A DNA stretch of 64,000 bases from positions 6,072 through 70,071 of the forward strand of contig CAKUAV010000001.1 in the NCBI GenBank assembly GCA_934636425.1, given 5' to 3'. Made by a program: the position numbers and the translations under genes. Shown here in pieces: positions 18,501 to 25,911 of this stretch (positions are counted from its first letter, which is position 1; every line of letters starts with the position of its first letter). This DNA is from an uncultured Clostridia bacterium. Lineage in GTDB: Bacteria > Bacillota > Clostridia > Christensenellales > Aristaeellaceae. Under the pieces are notes generated by a model, which worked only from the letters and a program-made list of their open reading frames with translations, had not been told where the DNA came from and did no database searches.

Positions 18501-18669
18501 AAACACGCCGCCTCTGGCGCGCGTCGAGCGGGAGGCGTACTGCGTATCGCGCTACGTCGACAGGGGGCTGAAGCGGAACACGCGCTATTACTACCGCGTG
18601 CGCGCCGTGGACAGCGCCGGGCATTTCGGGCCGCTGAGCGAGGAGTTTTCGGCGCTGACAAGTGAATAA
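15550..18669 (+). CDS. GH38-like glycoside hydrolase (alpha-mannosidase family-like) with a C-terminal fibronectin type III-like domain
   Basis: RBS AAGGAGGA lies 7 nt before the ATG at 15550. SSHTDIGLHN resembles the GH38 HxHxDxGW metal site, and FNDEHSYGTSG resembles the GH38 middle-domain QHHDAITGTS. The C-terminus (YYYRVRAVDSAGHFGPLS) is Fn3-like. Family assignment is tentative. Confidence 0.85.
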   Translation: MSLTDFRVVPVSMVDHQGRQRIEVFVKSSACGHASLSVSDEGGRPLAEKCDVPLPGGECHASVLLAAPGIDVQAVWVLTFGGETARFACLWKAPRRWTIHIMISSHTDIGLHNSQYIQRQNSERFLDQAAALCDRTAGRAENDRYRYTIEGTWFFNNYPADRGAEKARALVENYIKPGKIGLCGGIAGNHTQVFGLEEMARATYGRRALFDQWGVKSETMTMIDNNGLSWGIVEPFYDAGFKNILFAPNQWNPLPSTVWRCDTTVPGFTWNCMAGGGGARIDMRLDGALPMVFFWQGADEKSRLLVFCGGMYGHCSSFGIPDNTHANAQTLAMMEQGTARSLPLIEEKYPFDEWISPCYFDDQEPSLELTDLLAMWNARWAWPQFRALGDPDRPLERIREKFGDAIPVLSGDVTGGWYQHPVSAPELLARKFEADRLLPTAEKLATLAALTDENYRYPAEAFNRAWDALLFNDEHSYGTSGYQGRRVYETWMQHRDWIDKALDTAKTEIDTAMAALCKAANAPENALFCFNPTLQTRTERIGDALIENIPPMGYKIALPEPAESAPEKQCAQPPVIENAYYRVSFTANGAIDSIYDKSLCRELIDEHAPFRAAEFVYTRDNHISFVTPERAAFTLRREKHAAIVTARMDEPVSGAAIELIVTLPEHERRIELDMRLHHVRDLFNSDRYHRYAYCAFPFAVENARRVCRLNGCEAEYGRDVTGHGADVYMAAHEWACAENAAFGAALIQADSELIEFDHIHPDKTDFGACGDGSAMYVYLANDWLQMHTSGGSALNFRFRYAITSYAGDHKSAHLSDMAERFLNPVIARAVQSGDGTGAAAYSFLSADAPARLITLKRAEDGRGLIARLSGEGKLPRLTLCGETVPAQNQTADERDKPETGALTAFTTLRLCPDRAIKTRPIPDFSGRGAASVPVGATYTGLIDRPRAIRGEDDGMLYILWGRCAEKDHAYDLIYRSEAGGFDAENTPPLARVEREAYCVSRYVDRGLKRNTRYYYRVRAVDSAGHFGPLSEEFSALTSE

Positions 18670-18673
18670 CGTC

Positions 18674-18702
18674 TTTGCAAACGGCGCGGAATGTGCTATA
18701 AT
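18674..18702 (+). promoter_or_regulatory. sigma-A-type promoter with an extended -10
   Basis: TTTGCA (18674-18679), a 17-nt spacer and TGcTATAAT (TATAAT at 18697-18702) lie upstream of the SGNH hydrolase gene that starts at 18779. Confidence 0.7.
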
Positions 18703-18778
18703 GATCGGGCGGACGGCTTTTTGCCCCGCAGTGATCAGTGCCTTTTGCACGCCCATTTCATACGAAAGGACAATCGCC

Positions 18779-19855
18779 ATGAAACGCATCGAGGATATCG
18801 ACCATCATTTCAAGATCAACGCGGATATTCCGCGCGACTACCGCTTCTTTGATCCCCGTCAGGAGCCGATGCAGCTCTACGGCCTCGCGCCCAACGATCA
18901 GAGCAGCTACTGCCGCCTGCCGCTCGATTTCCTGAAGGAGTGCAACGACGGCGTAAAGGTGCTGGCGTGGCATCTGGCCGGCGCTTGCGTGCGCTTTTCG
19001 ACCGACGCAAACGGGCTGGCCGTCATCTGGTCGCTCAAGGACAAGGGCAATATGCCCCACTTCACCGCCTGCAGCCAGAGCGGCCTCGAACTGTTTGAGG
19101 AGAGCGACGAGGGCATTCGCCAGATCAAAAACTTCATTCCCGCCATGGACACGGGCAGCTGCGGCTGCGCGCTCAATCAGAGCGCCTTTACGCCGCTGCC
19201 GGGCGGGCTGCGCCACTATGTGCTGTATTTCCCGCTCTACAACGGGCTGGACGAGCTGATGCTGGGCTTCCCGCCGGACGCGCGCGTCGAGAAGGGGCGC
19301 ACGCCGCGCATCGAAAAGCCCATCGTGTTCTACGGCTCCTCGATCACGCAGGGAGGCTGCGCCGCCAAGGTCGGCTCGTGCTATACGACGCTTCTGTGCC
19401 GCCGGCTGGACGCCGCGCAGATCAATCTCGGCTTCTCCGGCAGCGGCCGCGGCGAGGAAAACATGGCGCGCTACATCGCCTCGCTGGACATGAGCGCCTT
19501 CGTGCTGGACTACGACCACAACGCGCCCACCGTCGAGCATCTCGAAAAAACGCACGAAAAATTCTTCAGCATCGTGCGCGAGGCGCATCCCGATCTGCCC
19601 ATCGTCATGATGAGCAAGCCCGATTTCGATTCCGACCGCGTAGGGAACGCGCTGCGGCGCAACGTCATCGCGCGCACCTATGCCCATGCGCTCGAGAGTG
19701 GCGACAAAAACGTGTGGTTCATCAACGGCGAGTCGTTCTTCGGCAATCATGAGCGCGAGATCTGCACCGTGGACGGCTGCCATCCGACCAGCGTGGGCTT
19801 TCTGCGCATGGCCGACGTCGTCGAGGCCGTGCTTCGACCCGTGCTGTATAAATAA
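18779..19855 (+). CDS. SGNH/GDSL hydrolase family protein
   Basis: SGNH blocks are present: FYGSSITQGG, GFSGSGRGE and DGCHPTSVG (DxxH). I chose the ATG at 18779 over the 5'-extended ORF because the promoter lies at 18674-18702. Confidence 0.85.
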   Translation: MKRIEDIDHHFKINADIPRDYRFFDPRQEPMQLYGLAPNDQSSYCRLPLDFLKECNDGVKVLAWHLAGACVRFSTDANGLAVIWSLKDKGNMPHFTACSQSGLELFEESDEGIRQIKNFIPAMDTGSCGCALNQSAFTPLPGGLRHYVLYFPLYNGLDELMLGFPPDARVEKGRTPRIEKPIVFYGSSITQGGCAAKVGSCYTTLLCRRLDAAQINLGFSGSGRGEENMARYIASLDMSAFVLDYDHNAPTVEHLEKTHEKFFSIVREAHPDLPIVMMSKPDFDSDRVGNALRRNVIARTYAHALESGDKNVWFINGESFFGNHEREICTVDGCHPTSVGFLRMADVVEAVLRPVLYK

Positions 19856-19884
19856 TCCGTCGACTCAATAAGGAGGACTGCCCC

Positions 19885-21300
19885 ATGAAACCGTTTATGG
19901 ACAAGGATTTTCTGCTCAGCACCGAAACCGCGCGCACGCTGTTCCACGACTATGCCGAGAATATGCCCATCTATGACTATCACTGCCATCTTCAGGTGAA
20001 CGAGATCGTCGACAACATCAACTATCGCAACATCAGCCATCTGATGCTGGGCGGCGATCACTACAAGTGGCGCGCCATGCTGGCCAACGGCGCGGACGAG
20101 TCGCTTTTGTACGGCGACAAGGGCAGCGGCTCGGACTGGGACAAGTTCTACGCCTACGCCTCCATGCTGAAATACGCCATCGGCAACCCGCTCTATCACT
20201 GGACGCATCTGGAGCTGCAGCGCGTGTTCGGCATTTACGACGTGCTGAATGAAAAGACCGCAAAGTCGATCTGGGATCGCGCCAACGCCATGCTCGCCAC
20301 CGACGAGTTCCGCTGCCGCCGCCTGATCGAAAAGTTCAACGTCAAAATGATCTGCACCACCGACGATCCCTCGTCCGATCTGCACGATCACATCGCGCTG
20401 GCCAATGATCCGACATTCAATGTCAAAGTGCTGCCCTCCTTCCGCCCCGACGCTGCGCTGAACGTCTCAAGAGCGGGCTACGGCGCGTATGTCGAAAGGC
20501 TCGCCGCGTCCGCCGATATGCCGATCGCCTCCTTTGACGACCTCATGGCCGCGCTCGAGAAGCGGCTGGACTTCTTCCACGCCATCGGCGCGCGCATCAG
20601 CGACCACGGCCTGGACTATGTGCCCGCGGGCGACGCGACCGCCGCCGAGCTGGACGCGATGTTCAAAAAGGCCGTCTCCGGCGCGCCCTGCACGCACGAG
20701 GAGGAGAGCGCGTTCAAGACCGCCGCACTGGTGCGCCTGGGCCGCATGTACGCCGAGCGCGGCTGGGCGATGCAGCTGCACATGAACGCCATCCGCAACA
20801 ACAACACGCTGGCCGTCAAAAAGTACGGCCCGGACACCGGCTATGATTCCGTCGGCGACGGCCTTGTGGCCGCGAACCTGTCCGCGCTGCTCAACAAGAT
20901 CGAGATGGCCGGCGGCCTGGGCAAGACCATACTCTATTCGCTCAACGGCCGCGACAACAACGTCATCGCCTCCATGCTGGGCAACTTCCAGGGCGGCGTG
21001 CCCGGCAAGATCCAGATGGGCAGCGGCTGGTGGTTCAACGATCAGCGCGACGGCATGGTCGATCAGATGAAGACGCTGGCCAACATGGGTCTGCTCGGCC
21101 GCTTCGTCGGTATGCTGACCGACAGCCGCTCCTTCGTGAGCTATCCGCGCCACGAGTACTTCCGCCGCATACTGTGCGACGTGATCGGCACGTGGGTGGA
21201 AAACGGCGAGTATCCCGCCGACATGGAGACGCTCGGCGAGCTGGTTCAGGGCATCAGCTTCAACAACGCCCGCGACTACTTCGGCATACCGCTCGAGTAA
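19885..21300 (+). CDS. uxaC: glucuronate isomerase
   Basis: RBS AAGGAGGA is present. The N-terminus (FMDKDFLLSTETARTLFHDYAENMPIYDYHCHL) is the characteristic UxaC start. Length is 471 aa. Confidence 0.95.
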   Translation: MKPFMDKDFLLSTETARTLFHDYAENMPIYDYHCHLQVNEIVDNINYRNISHLMLGGDHYKWRAMLANGADESLLYGDKGSGSDWDKFYAYASMLKYAIGNPLYHWTHLELQRVFGIYDVLNEKTAKSIWDRANAMLATDEFRCRRLIEKFNVKMICTTDDPSSDLHDHIALANDPTFNVKVLPSFRPDAALNVSRAGYGAYVERLAASADMPIASFDDLMAALEKRLDFFHAIGARISDHGLDYVPAGDATAAELDAMFKKAVSGAPCTHEEESAFKTAALVRLGRMYAERGWAMQLHMNAIRNNNTLAVKKYGPDTGYDSVGDGLVAANLSALLNKIEMAGGLGKTILYSLNGRDNNVIASMLGNFQGGVPGKIQMGSGWWFNDQRDGMVDQMKTLANMGLLGRFVGMLTDSRSFVSYPRHEYFRRILCDVIGTWVENGEYPADMETLGELVQGISFNNARDYFGIPLE

Positions 21301-21312
21301 TCATGCTTTTCG

Positions 21313-21350
21313 CCCCGTCCGGCGTTTCTTTCGCGTCGGGCGGGGATTTT
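21313..21350 (+). terminator. probable terminator or attenuator after uxaC
   Basis: Stem CCCCGTCCG / CGGGCGGGG (one G-U pair) is followed by ATTTTCATTT. Confidence 0.5.
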
Positions 21351-21372
21351 CATTTGAAAGCGAGGCTCCATC

Positions 21373-22356
21373 ATGCCGCTCCAAATCGTCCGAAACGACA
21401 TCACGAAAATGAATGTCGACGCCATCGTCAACGCCGCGAACTCCTCCCTCCTGGGCGGCGGCGGCGTTGACGGCTGCATCCACCGCGCGGCCGGCCCGGA
21501 GCTGCTGGCGGAATGCCAATCGCTCCACGGCTGCAATACCGGCAGCGCGAAGATCACCCGGGGCTACAGACTGCCCTGCAAATATGTCATCCATGCCGTC
21601 GGCCCGCGGTGGCAGGGCGGCGGTCACGGCGAGCGCGCGCTGCTTGCCTCCTGCTATCGGGCGGCGCTTGAGCTGGCAGAGGCGCATGGCTGCAAGACGA
21701 TCGCCTTCCCGCTGATTTCCTCCGGCATTTTCGGCTATCCCAAGGATCAGGCGCTGAATGTCGCCGTCGATGCGATCAGCGCGTTCCTGCTCGAGAACGA
21801 CATGACCGTCTATATCGTCGTCTTTGACCGGGCGACCTACAAAATCGGCGAGAAGCTGTTTAACAGCATTGCCGAGTACATAGACGATCGCTATGTCAGC
21901 GATCATACCGACAGCCGCGCCGAGCGTCTGCGCCGGCTGAGCATGCCCGGCATCGAGGCGCCATGCTGTGCCGAGCCGATGGCCGATCTTTCCCTTGCCG
22001 ACGCGCTGGAGCAGCTTGACGAGAGCTTTTCAGAGATGCTGCTGCGCAAGATCGACGAGCGCGGCCTGACCGACGCGCAGTGCTACAAGAAGGCGAACAT
22101 CGATCGCAAGCTCTTCTCAAAGATTCGCTCGGACAGACATTACAGGCCGTCAAAGCTGACGGCCATCGCGCTGGCCATCGCCCTCGAGCTGCCGCTTGAT
22201 GAGATGAAGGACATGCTGATGAAGGCGGGCTTTGCGCTCTCGCACTCCAACAAGTTCGACATCATCGTGGAATATTTCATCGAGCGCGGAAATTACAATG
22301 TGTTTGAAATCAACGAGGCGCTGTTCGCCTTTGATCAGAATCTCATCGGGGGATAA
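21373..22356 (+). CDS. macro domain protein (O-acetyl-ADP-ribose deacetylase / ADP-ribose-binding type) fused to a C-terminal helix-turn-helix-like region
   Basis: The N-terminal 170 aa ([33 protein letters not shown]...VIHAVGPRW...[14 protein letters not shown]) form a canonical YmdB/MacroD-type macro domain. The C-terminal segment ([40 protein letters not shown]) looks like an XRE-type HTH. Confidence 0.88.
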   Translation: MPLQIVRNDITKMNVDAIVNAANSSLLGGGGVDGCIHRAAGPELLAECQSLHGCNTGSAKITRGYRLPCKYVIHAVGPRWQGGGHGERALLASCYRAALELAEAHGCKTIAFPLISSGIFGYPKDQALNVAVDAISAFLLENDMTVYIVVFDRATYKIGEKLFNSIAEYIDDRYVSDHTDSRAERLRRLSMPGIEAPCCAEPMADLSLADALEQLDESFSEMLLRKIDERGLTDAQCYKKANIDRKLFSKIRSDRHYRPSKLTAIALAIALELPLDEMKDMLMKAGFALSHSNKFDIIVEYFIERGNYNVFEINEALFAFDQNLIGG

Positions 22357-22400
22357 TTGTCGCCTGCCATGCGACCACGCGCCCGGAACACCGCCCTATA

Positions 22401-22443
22401 ATATGACTGTAAGGCCAAGCGCCGGACAGTCATATTTTTATTT
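22401..22443 (+). terminator. Rho-independent terminator after the macro-domain gene
   Basis: Perfect 10-bp stem ATATGACTGT / ACAGTCATAT with a 15-nt loop, followed by TTTTTATTTG. Confidence 0.85.
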
Positions 22444-22458
22444 GCGGAGGGACAAAGC

Positions 22459-23100
22459 ATGAGAAAAAATCTGACGGAAATCGTATTCATACTCGATCGG
22501 AGCGGCTCCATGCACGGACTGGAGGCCGACACCATCGGCGGCTTTAACGCCATGATCGAAAAGCAGAAAAGAGAGCGCGGCGAGGCGCTGATCTCCACCG
22601 TCCTCTTCGACACGGGAAGCGAGGTCGTCCACGACCGCGCGCCCATCCGGCACATCAGGCCCATGACCGACAGGGACTATGCCGTGCGCGGCCGCACCGC
22701 CCTGCTGGACGCCCTCGGCGATGCAATCCATCACATTGGAAACATCCATAAATACGCAAGAAGCGAGGACGTTCCCGAGCACACGCTGTTCATCATCACC
22801 ACGGACGGCATGGAAAACGCCAGCCGCCGCTATGACGGTGAGACGGTCAGGCGCATGATCGAGCGCCAGAAGGCAAAATACGGCTGGGAGTTTCTGTTCC
22901 TCGGCGCGAACATCGACGCGATTGAGACGGCAGGGCGCTTCGGCATCGACGCGGACCGCGCGGTCAACTATCACGCCGACCCCATGGGAACGCAGCTCAA
23001 TTACGATGTGCTGAGCGACGCGGTTTCCGCCGTCCGCTGCGATGCGCCGCTGGGCACGGCCTGGAAAAAGCGCATTGAGGAGGACTTTGACAGGCGCTGA
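22459..23100 (+). CDS. von Willebrand factor type A (vWA) domain protein
   Basis: RBS GGAGGGA is present. The MIDAS motif is ILDRSGSM. The sequence ...TALLDALG...IITTDGMENAS is a typical vWA fold. Length is 213 aa. Confidence 0.85.
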   Translation: MRKNLTEIVFILDRSGSMHGLEADTIGGFNAMIEKQKRERGEALISTVLFDTGSEVVHDRAPIRHIRPMTDRDYAVRGRTALLDALGDAIHHIGNIHKYARSEDVPEHTLFIITTDGMENASRRYDGETVRRMIERQKAKYGWEFLFLGANIDAIETAGRFGIDADRAVNYHADPMGTQLNYDVLSDAVSAVRCDAPLGTAWKKRIEEDFDRR

Positions 23101-23344
23101 TTCGCGCCGCCCCCCACAGAAAGCACGGCGTCAACGCCGCGCATCCGGCCTTTCAATAACCGCAATCCCGAAAATCATCGCATTCTGCCACGCTGCACGC
23201 GCCCGCCATCACCGCCAGATCAACCGCCGGCGCGCTTGGCAGCCTCACCCGAGAACAGATATAGCATAAAAAAGATCAGCGCCTTTACCGACGCGATGAA
23301 CGACAAAAGCGTTGGCAGACCGCGCCGTATTCCCGTGCTTTTCC

Positions 23345-23392
23345 ATAAAAACACGCGCCCCGAAATGGCCTGATCCTGTCATTTCAGGGCGC
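23345..23392 (-). terminator. Rho-independent terminator after the M24 peptidase gene
   Basis: On the minus strand, a 13-bp stem with one mismatch (plus-strand arms GCGCCCCGAAATG / CATTTCAGGGCGC) is followed by GTGTTTTTATGG. Confidence 0.7.
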
Positions 23393-23401
23393 GCATATGT
23401 A

Positions 23402-24481
23402 TTATTGCTCGTCAAACGCGGGGATCTCCAGCCGATTGAGCACCTCGCAGCCGTCCTGCGTCACAGTCACCAGATCCTCGATGCGCACGCCGAACTTCCC
23501 GCTCAGGTAAATGCCCGGCTCGATTGAGAATATCATGCCCGGCTCCAGAGGGCGCTCGCACGCCGCGCTCACATCCGGCGGCTCGTGAACCTCAAGGCCT
23601 ATGCCGTGACCCGTGCGGTGAATGAAGTATTCGCCGTAGCCGGCCTCCTCGATCACCCGCCGCGCCGCATTGTCCACGTCGCACAGCCGCGCGCCCGGCT
23701 TCACCGCCGCCTTGCCCGCCAGATTGGCGCGGCGCACCAGCTCGTAGACGCGCTTCATCTCGTCGGTCGCTTCTCCAAAGAACATCGTGCGCGTCATGTC
23801 GCTCATGGCGTGGTTGAGGTCAAGCCCCACGTCGAATATGATCGAGTCGCCCTCCTTGAGAGGCGTGTCGTCCGAATCGTGATGCGGCTCGGCGCAGTTC
23901 GCCCCGAAGCACACCAGCGGCTGGAAGCTGTAGCCCGCAGCGCCCATCGAGCGCGCAATCTCCACATAGCGCTCGGCCAGCTGTCGCTCGGTTTCGCCCG
24001 CCCTGACCGTGCTCATGAGCTCTTTCAGCACTGCATCGTTCAGGCGGGAGCTTCTGCGCATGGCGTCCAGCTCGTCCGCATCCTTGAGCATGCGCGCGTC
24101 GTCCACCGGCGCGGAGCCCAGCTTCATCCGAATGTCCGGCCGCTTTTCCATCAGGCGGATCAGGAAATGACTCGGCCAGCGCTTGTCGATCCCCAGCGCG
24201 CCGATATCCGCCGGCAGCGCGTCCGCCAGTATGGCCACGCAGTCCTCTGTGTCGTCGTATTCGGTCAGCGGCAGGTCGGGCGCGGCCTGCTGCATGAACA
24301 GCCTGTTGGCGAACAGGCGCACATCGCCCCTGTCCGTAATCACCAGCGCCAGCATGCGCTCGCCCGGCGCAATCCAGCGCCCCGTGAGATAATACACCGA
24401 TTCCGTCGCGCTCACCAGTATGCACGGCAGATGATCGCGCTTCATCAGCTCGACCACGCGATTGACCCTCGATTGATTCAT
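23402..24481 (-). CDS. M24 family Xaa-Pro aminopeptidase/dipeptidase
   Basis: Metal-ligand motifs are present: HRTGHGIGLEVHE, MIFSIEPGIY and RIEDLV. Length is 359 aa. Confidence 0.9.
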   Translation of the reverse strand: MNQSRVNRVVELMKRDHLPCILVSATESVYYLTGRWIAPGERMLALVITDRGDVRLFANRLFMQQAAPDLPLTEYDDTEDCVAILADALPADIGALGIDKRWPSHFLIRLMEKRPDIRMKLGSAPVDDARMLKDADELDAMRRSSRLNDAVLKELMSTVRAGETERQLAERYVEIARSMGAAGYSFQPLVCFGANCAEPHHDSDDTPLKEGDSIIFDVGLDLNHAMSDMTRTMFFGEATDEMKRVYELVRRANLAGKAAVKPGARLCDVDNAARRVIEEAGYGEYFIHRTGHGIGLEVHEPPDVSAACERPLEPGMIFSIEPGIYLSGKFGVRIEDLVTVTQDGCEVLNRLEIPAFDEQ

Positions 24482-25083
24482 GCTTCCTCTTCCTTTCCCT
24501 TGACGCTGCGGATGATCCAGTATCCGCCGCCCTTGGCGATGACCTCGGCGTTGCCGAACGTCTCCTGCAAATGCTTGAGCGCGGAGGGCGCGCCCTGCTG
24601 CTTGCGTATGACGATCGTCAGCGCGCCGCCGTCCCGCAGCCGCTTGTGCGCCGTATCAAACAGGCCGTAGATCAGCGCCTTGCCCGCGCGGATGGGCGGA
24701 TTGGTCACGACGTGGTCGAACGTCCCCTCGAGCGATTCGAAGCCGTCGCTCTCGACGACCTCAGCCGCCGCGCCGTTGTTCTTCAGATTGCGCCGCGCCA
24801 GATCGAGCGCGCGCGCGTTGACGTCCGACATGACCAGCTGCGCCTGCGGATTGGCCAGCGATAAAAACGTGCCCACAGGCCCCCAGCCGCAGCCCAGATC
24901 GAGCACGCGTCCGGAAAGCGCGCCCATCGACTCGATCAGCAGCTTGCTGCCCGGATCCAGCTCGTTTTTCGAAAACACGCCCGCGTCGGTCTCGAACGTG
25001 AGCGTCAGGCCGAGCGCGCGCGCCGCAATTGAGCGCTCCTTATGCGCGCTGGCCGGATTCTGCGTGTAATAATAGTCCGGCAT
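24478..25083 (-). CDS. class I SAM-dependent methyltransferase (RsmC/YbxB-like small rRNA methyltransferase family)
   Basis: The SAM motif is VLDLGCGWGPVG and the catalytic motif is VVTNPPIRAG. The gene overlaps its downstream neighbour by 4 nt. Confidence 0.85.
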   Translation of the reverse strand: MPDYYYTQNPASAHKERSIAARALGLTLTFETDAGVFSKNELDPGSKLLIESMGALSGRVLDLGCGWGPVGTFLSLANPQAQLVMSDVNARALDLARRNLKNNGAAAEVVESDGFESLEGTFDHVVTNPPIRAGKALIYGLFDTAHKRLRDGGALTIVIRKQQGAPSALKHLQETFGNAEVIAKGGGYWIIRSVKGKEEEA

Positions 25084-25086
25084 ATA

Positions 25087-25821
25087 CTATTCCTCCAGAT
25101 CGGTGACGCTGTAAAGATGCGCCTTTTCCGCCTCGGTCAGCTCGCGCCACTGTCCCGCCCCGAGCCCGGAATCGAGCTCAATGCCCGCAATGGAGCGGCG
25201 GTGCAGCGCCGTGACGGGGTGCCCCAGCGCGCCCAGCATACGCTTGACCTGATGATATTTGCCCTCGTGGACGGTGACCTCGCACAGCGATTCACCCTCG
25301 CCCGCCTTTATGATCTCCAGCTTTGCGGGGGCGCAGGTGAAGTCCTTAAGTTCAATCCCCTCGGCCATGCGCGCCGCGTCCTCCTCAGTCAGCCGCCCCT
25401 CGACGCGCGCGGTGTAAATCTTGTCCTGCTCCCAGCGCGGCGAAATCAGCCGGTGCGCCAGCTGGCCGTCGGTGGTCATGAGCACCAGTCCGGTCACGTC
25501 CTTGTCCAGCCGTCCCACCGGGCCGATGTCCAGCGCGAGGAAGCTCCGGGGCAGATAGTCGGCGACGGTCGCCTGTCCGCGCGGGTTCTGCGTGGCGGTC
25601 AATACGCCCGCGGGCTTGTTGATCATAATGTGCAGGTGCTTGCCCGTGCGCAGCGGCGCGCCGTCCAGACACACGCGCGCGCTGTCCAGATCGATCTGCA
25701 TCGACGCGTCGTGAACGGCGCGCCCGTCCACGGTCACGCGCCCCGCCTTCACCAGCCCCGCCGCTTCCTTTCGGGAAGAGCCGTTGCGCGAGAGCAGCCT
25801 GTCCAGCCGCATTTTTCGCAT
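25087..25821 (-). CDS. pseudouridine synthase, RsuA/RluB family
   Basis: RBS AAGGAG is present before the ATG at 25821. The S4 domain is MRLDRLLS...KAGRVTVDG and the catalytic motif is VGRLDKDVTGL. Confidence 0.88.
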   Translation of the reverse strand: MRKMRLDRLLSRNGSSRKEAAGLVKAGRVTVDGRAVHDASMQIDLDSARVCLDGAPLRTGKHLHIMINKPAGVLTATQNPRGQATVADYLPRSFLALDIGPVGRLDKDVTGLVLMTTDGQLAHRLISPRWEQDKIYTARVEGRLTEEDAARMAEGIELKDFTCAPAKLEIIKAGEGESLCEVTVHEGKYHQVKRMLGALGHPVTALHRRSIAGIELDSGLGAGQWRELTEAEKAHLYSVTDLEE

Positions 25822-25840
25822 TGATTTTTTCTCCTTGACG

Positions 25841-25888
25841 AATAGAGTTGTCTGAAAAGAGCAATCCGCATCGGAGCATCGCCCCGCG
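25841..25888 (-). terminator. Rho-independent (bidirectional-looking) terminator after gyrA
   Basis: Perfect 11-bp stem GAGCAATCCGC / GCGGATTGCTC. T-runs follow on both strands (TTTTCAG on minus, GCACGTTTTTTA on plus). Confidence 0.75.
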
Positions 25889-25911
25889 CGGATTGCTCGC
25901 ACGTTTTTTAT

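Noticed and set aside
23230-23345. Possible 44-aa hydrophobic micro-ORF (minus strand, GTG start, ...GLPTLLSFIASVKALIFFMLYLF...) downstream of the M24 peptidase gene.
   Set aside because: Its start codon lies inside the U-tract of the peptidase terminator, it has no RBS, and it is below any threshold I can support from sequence alone.
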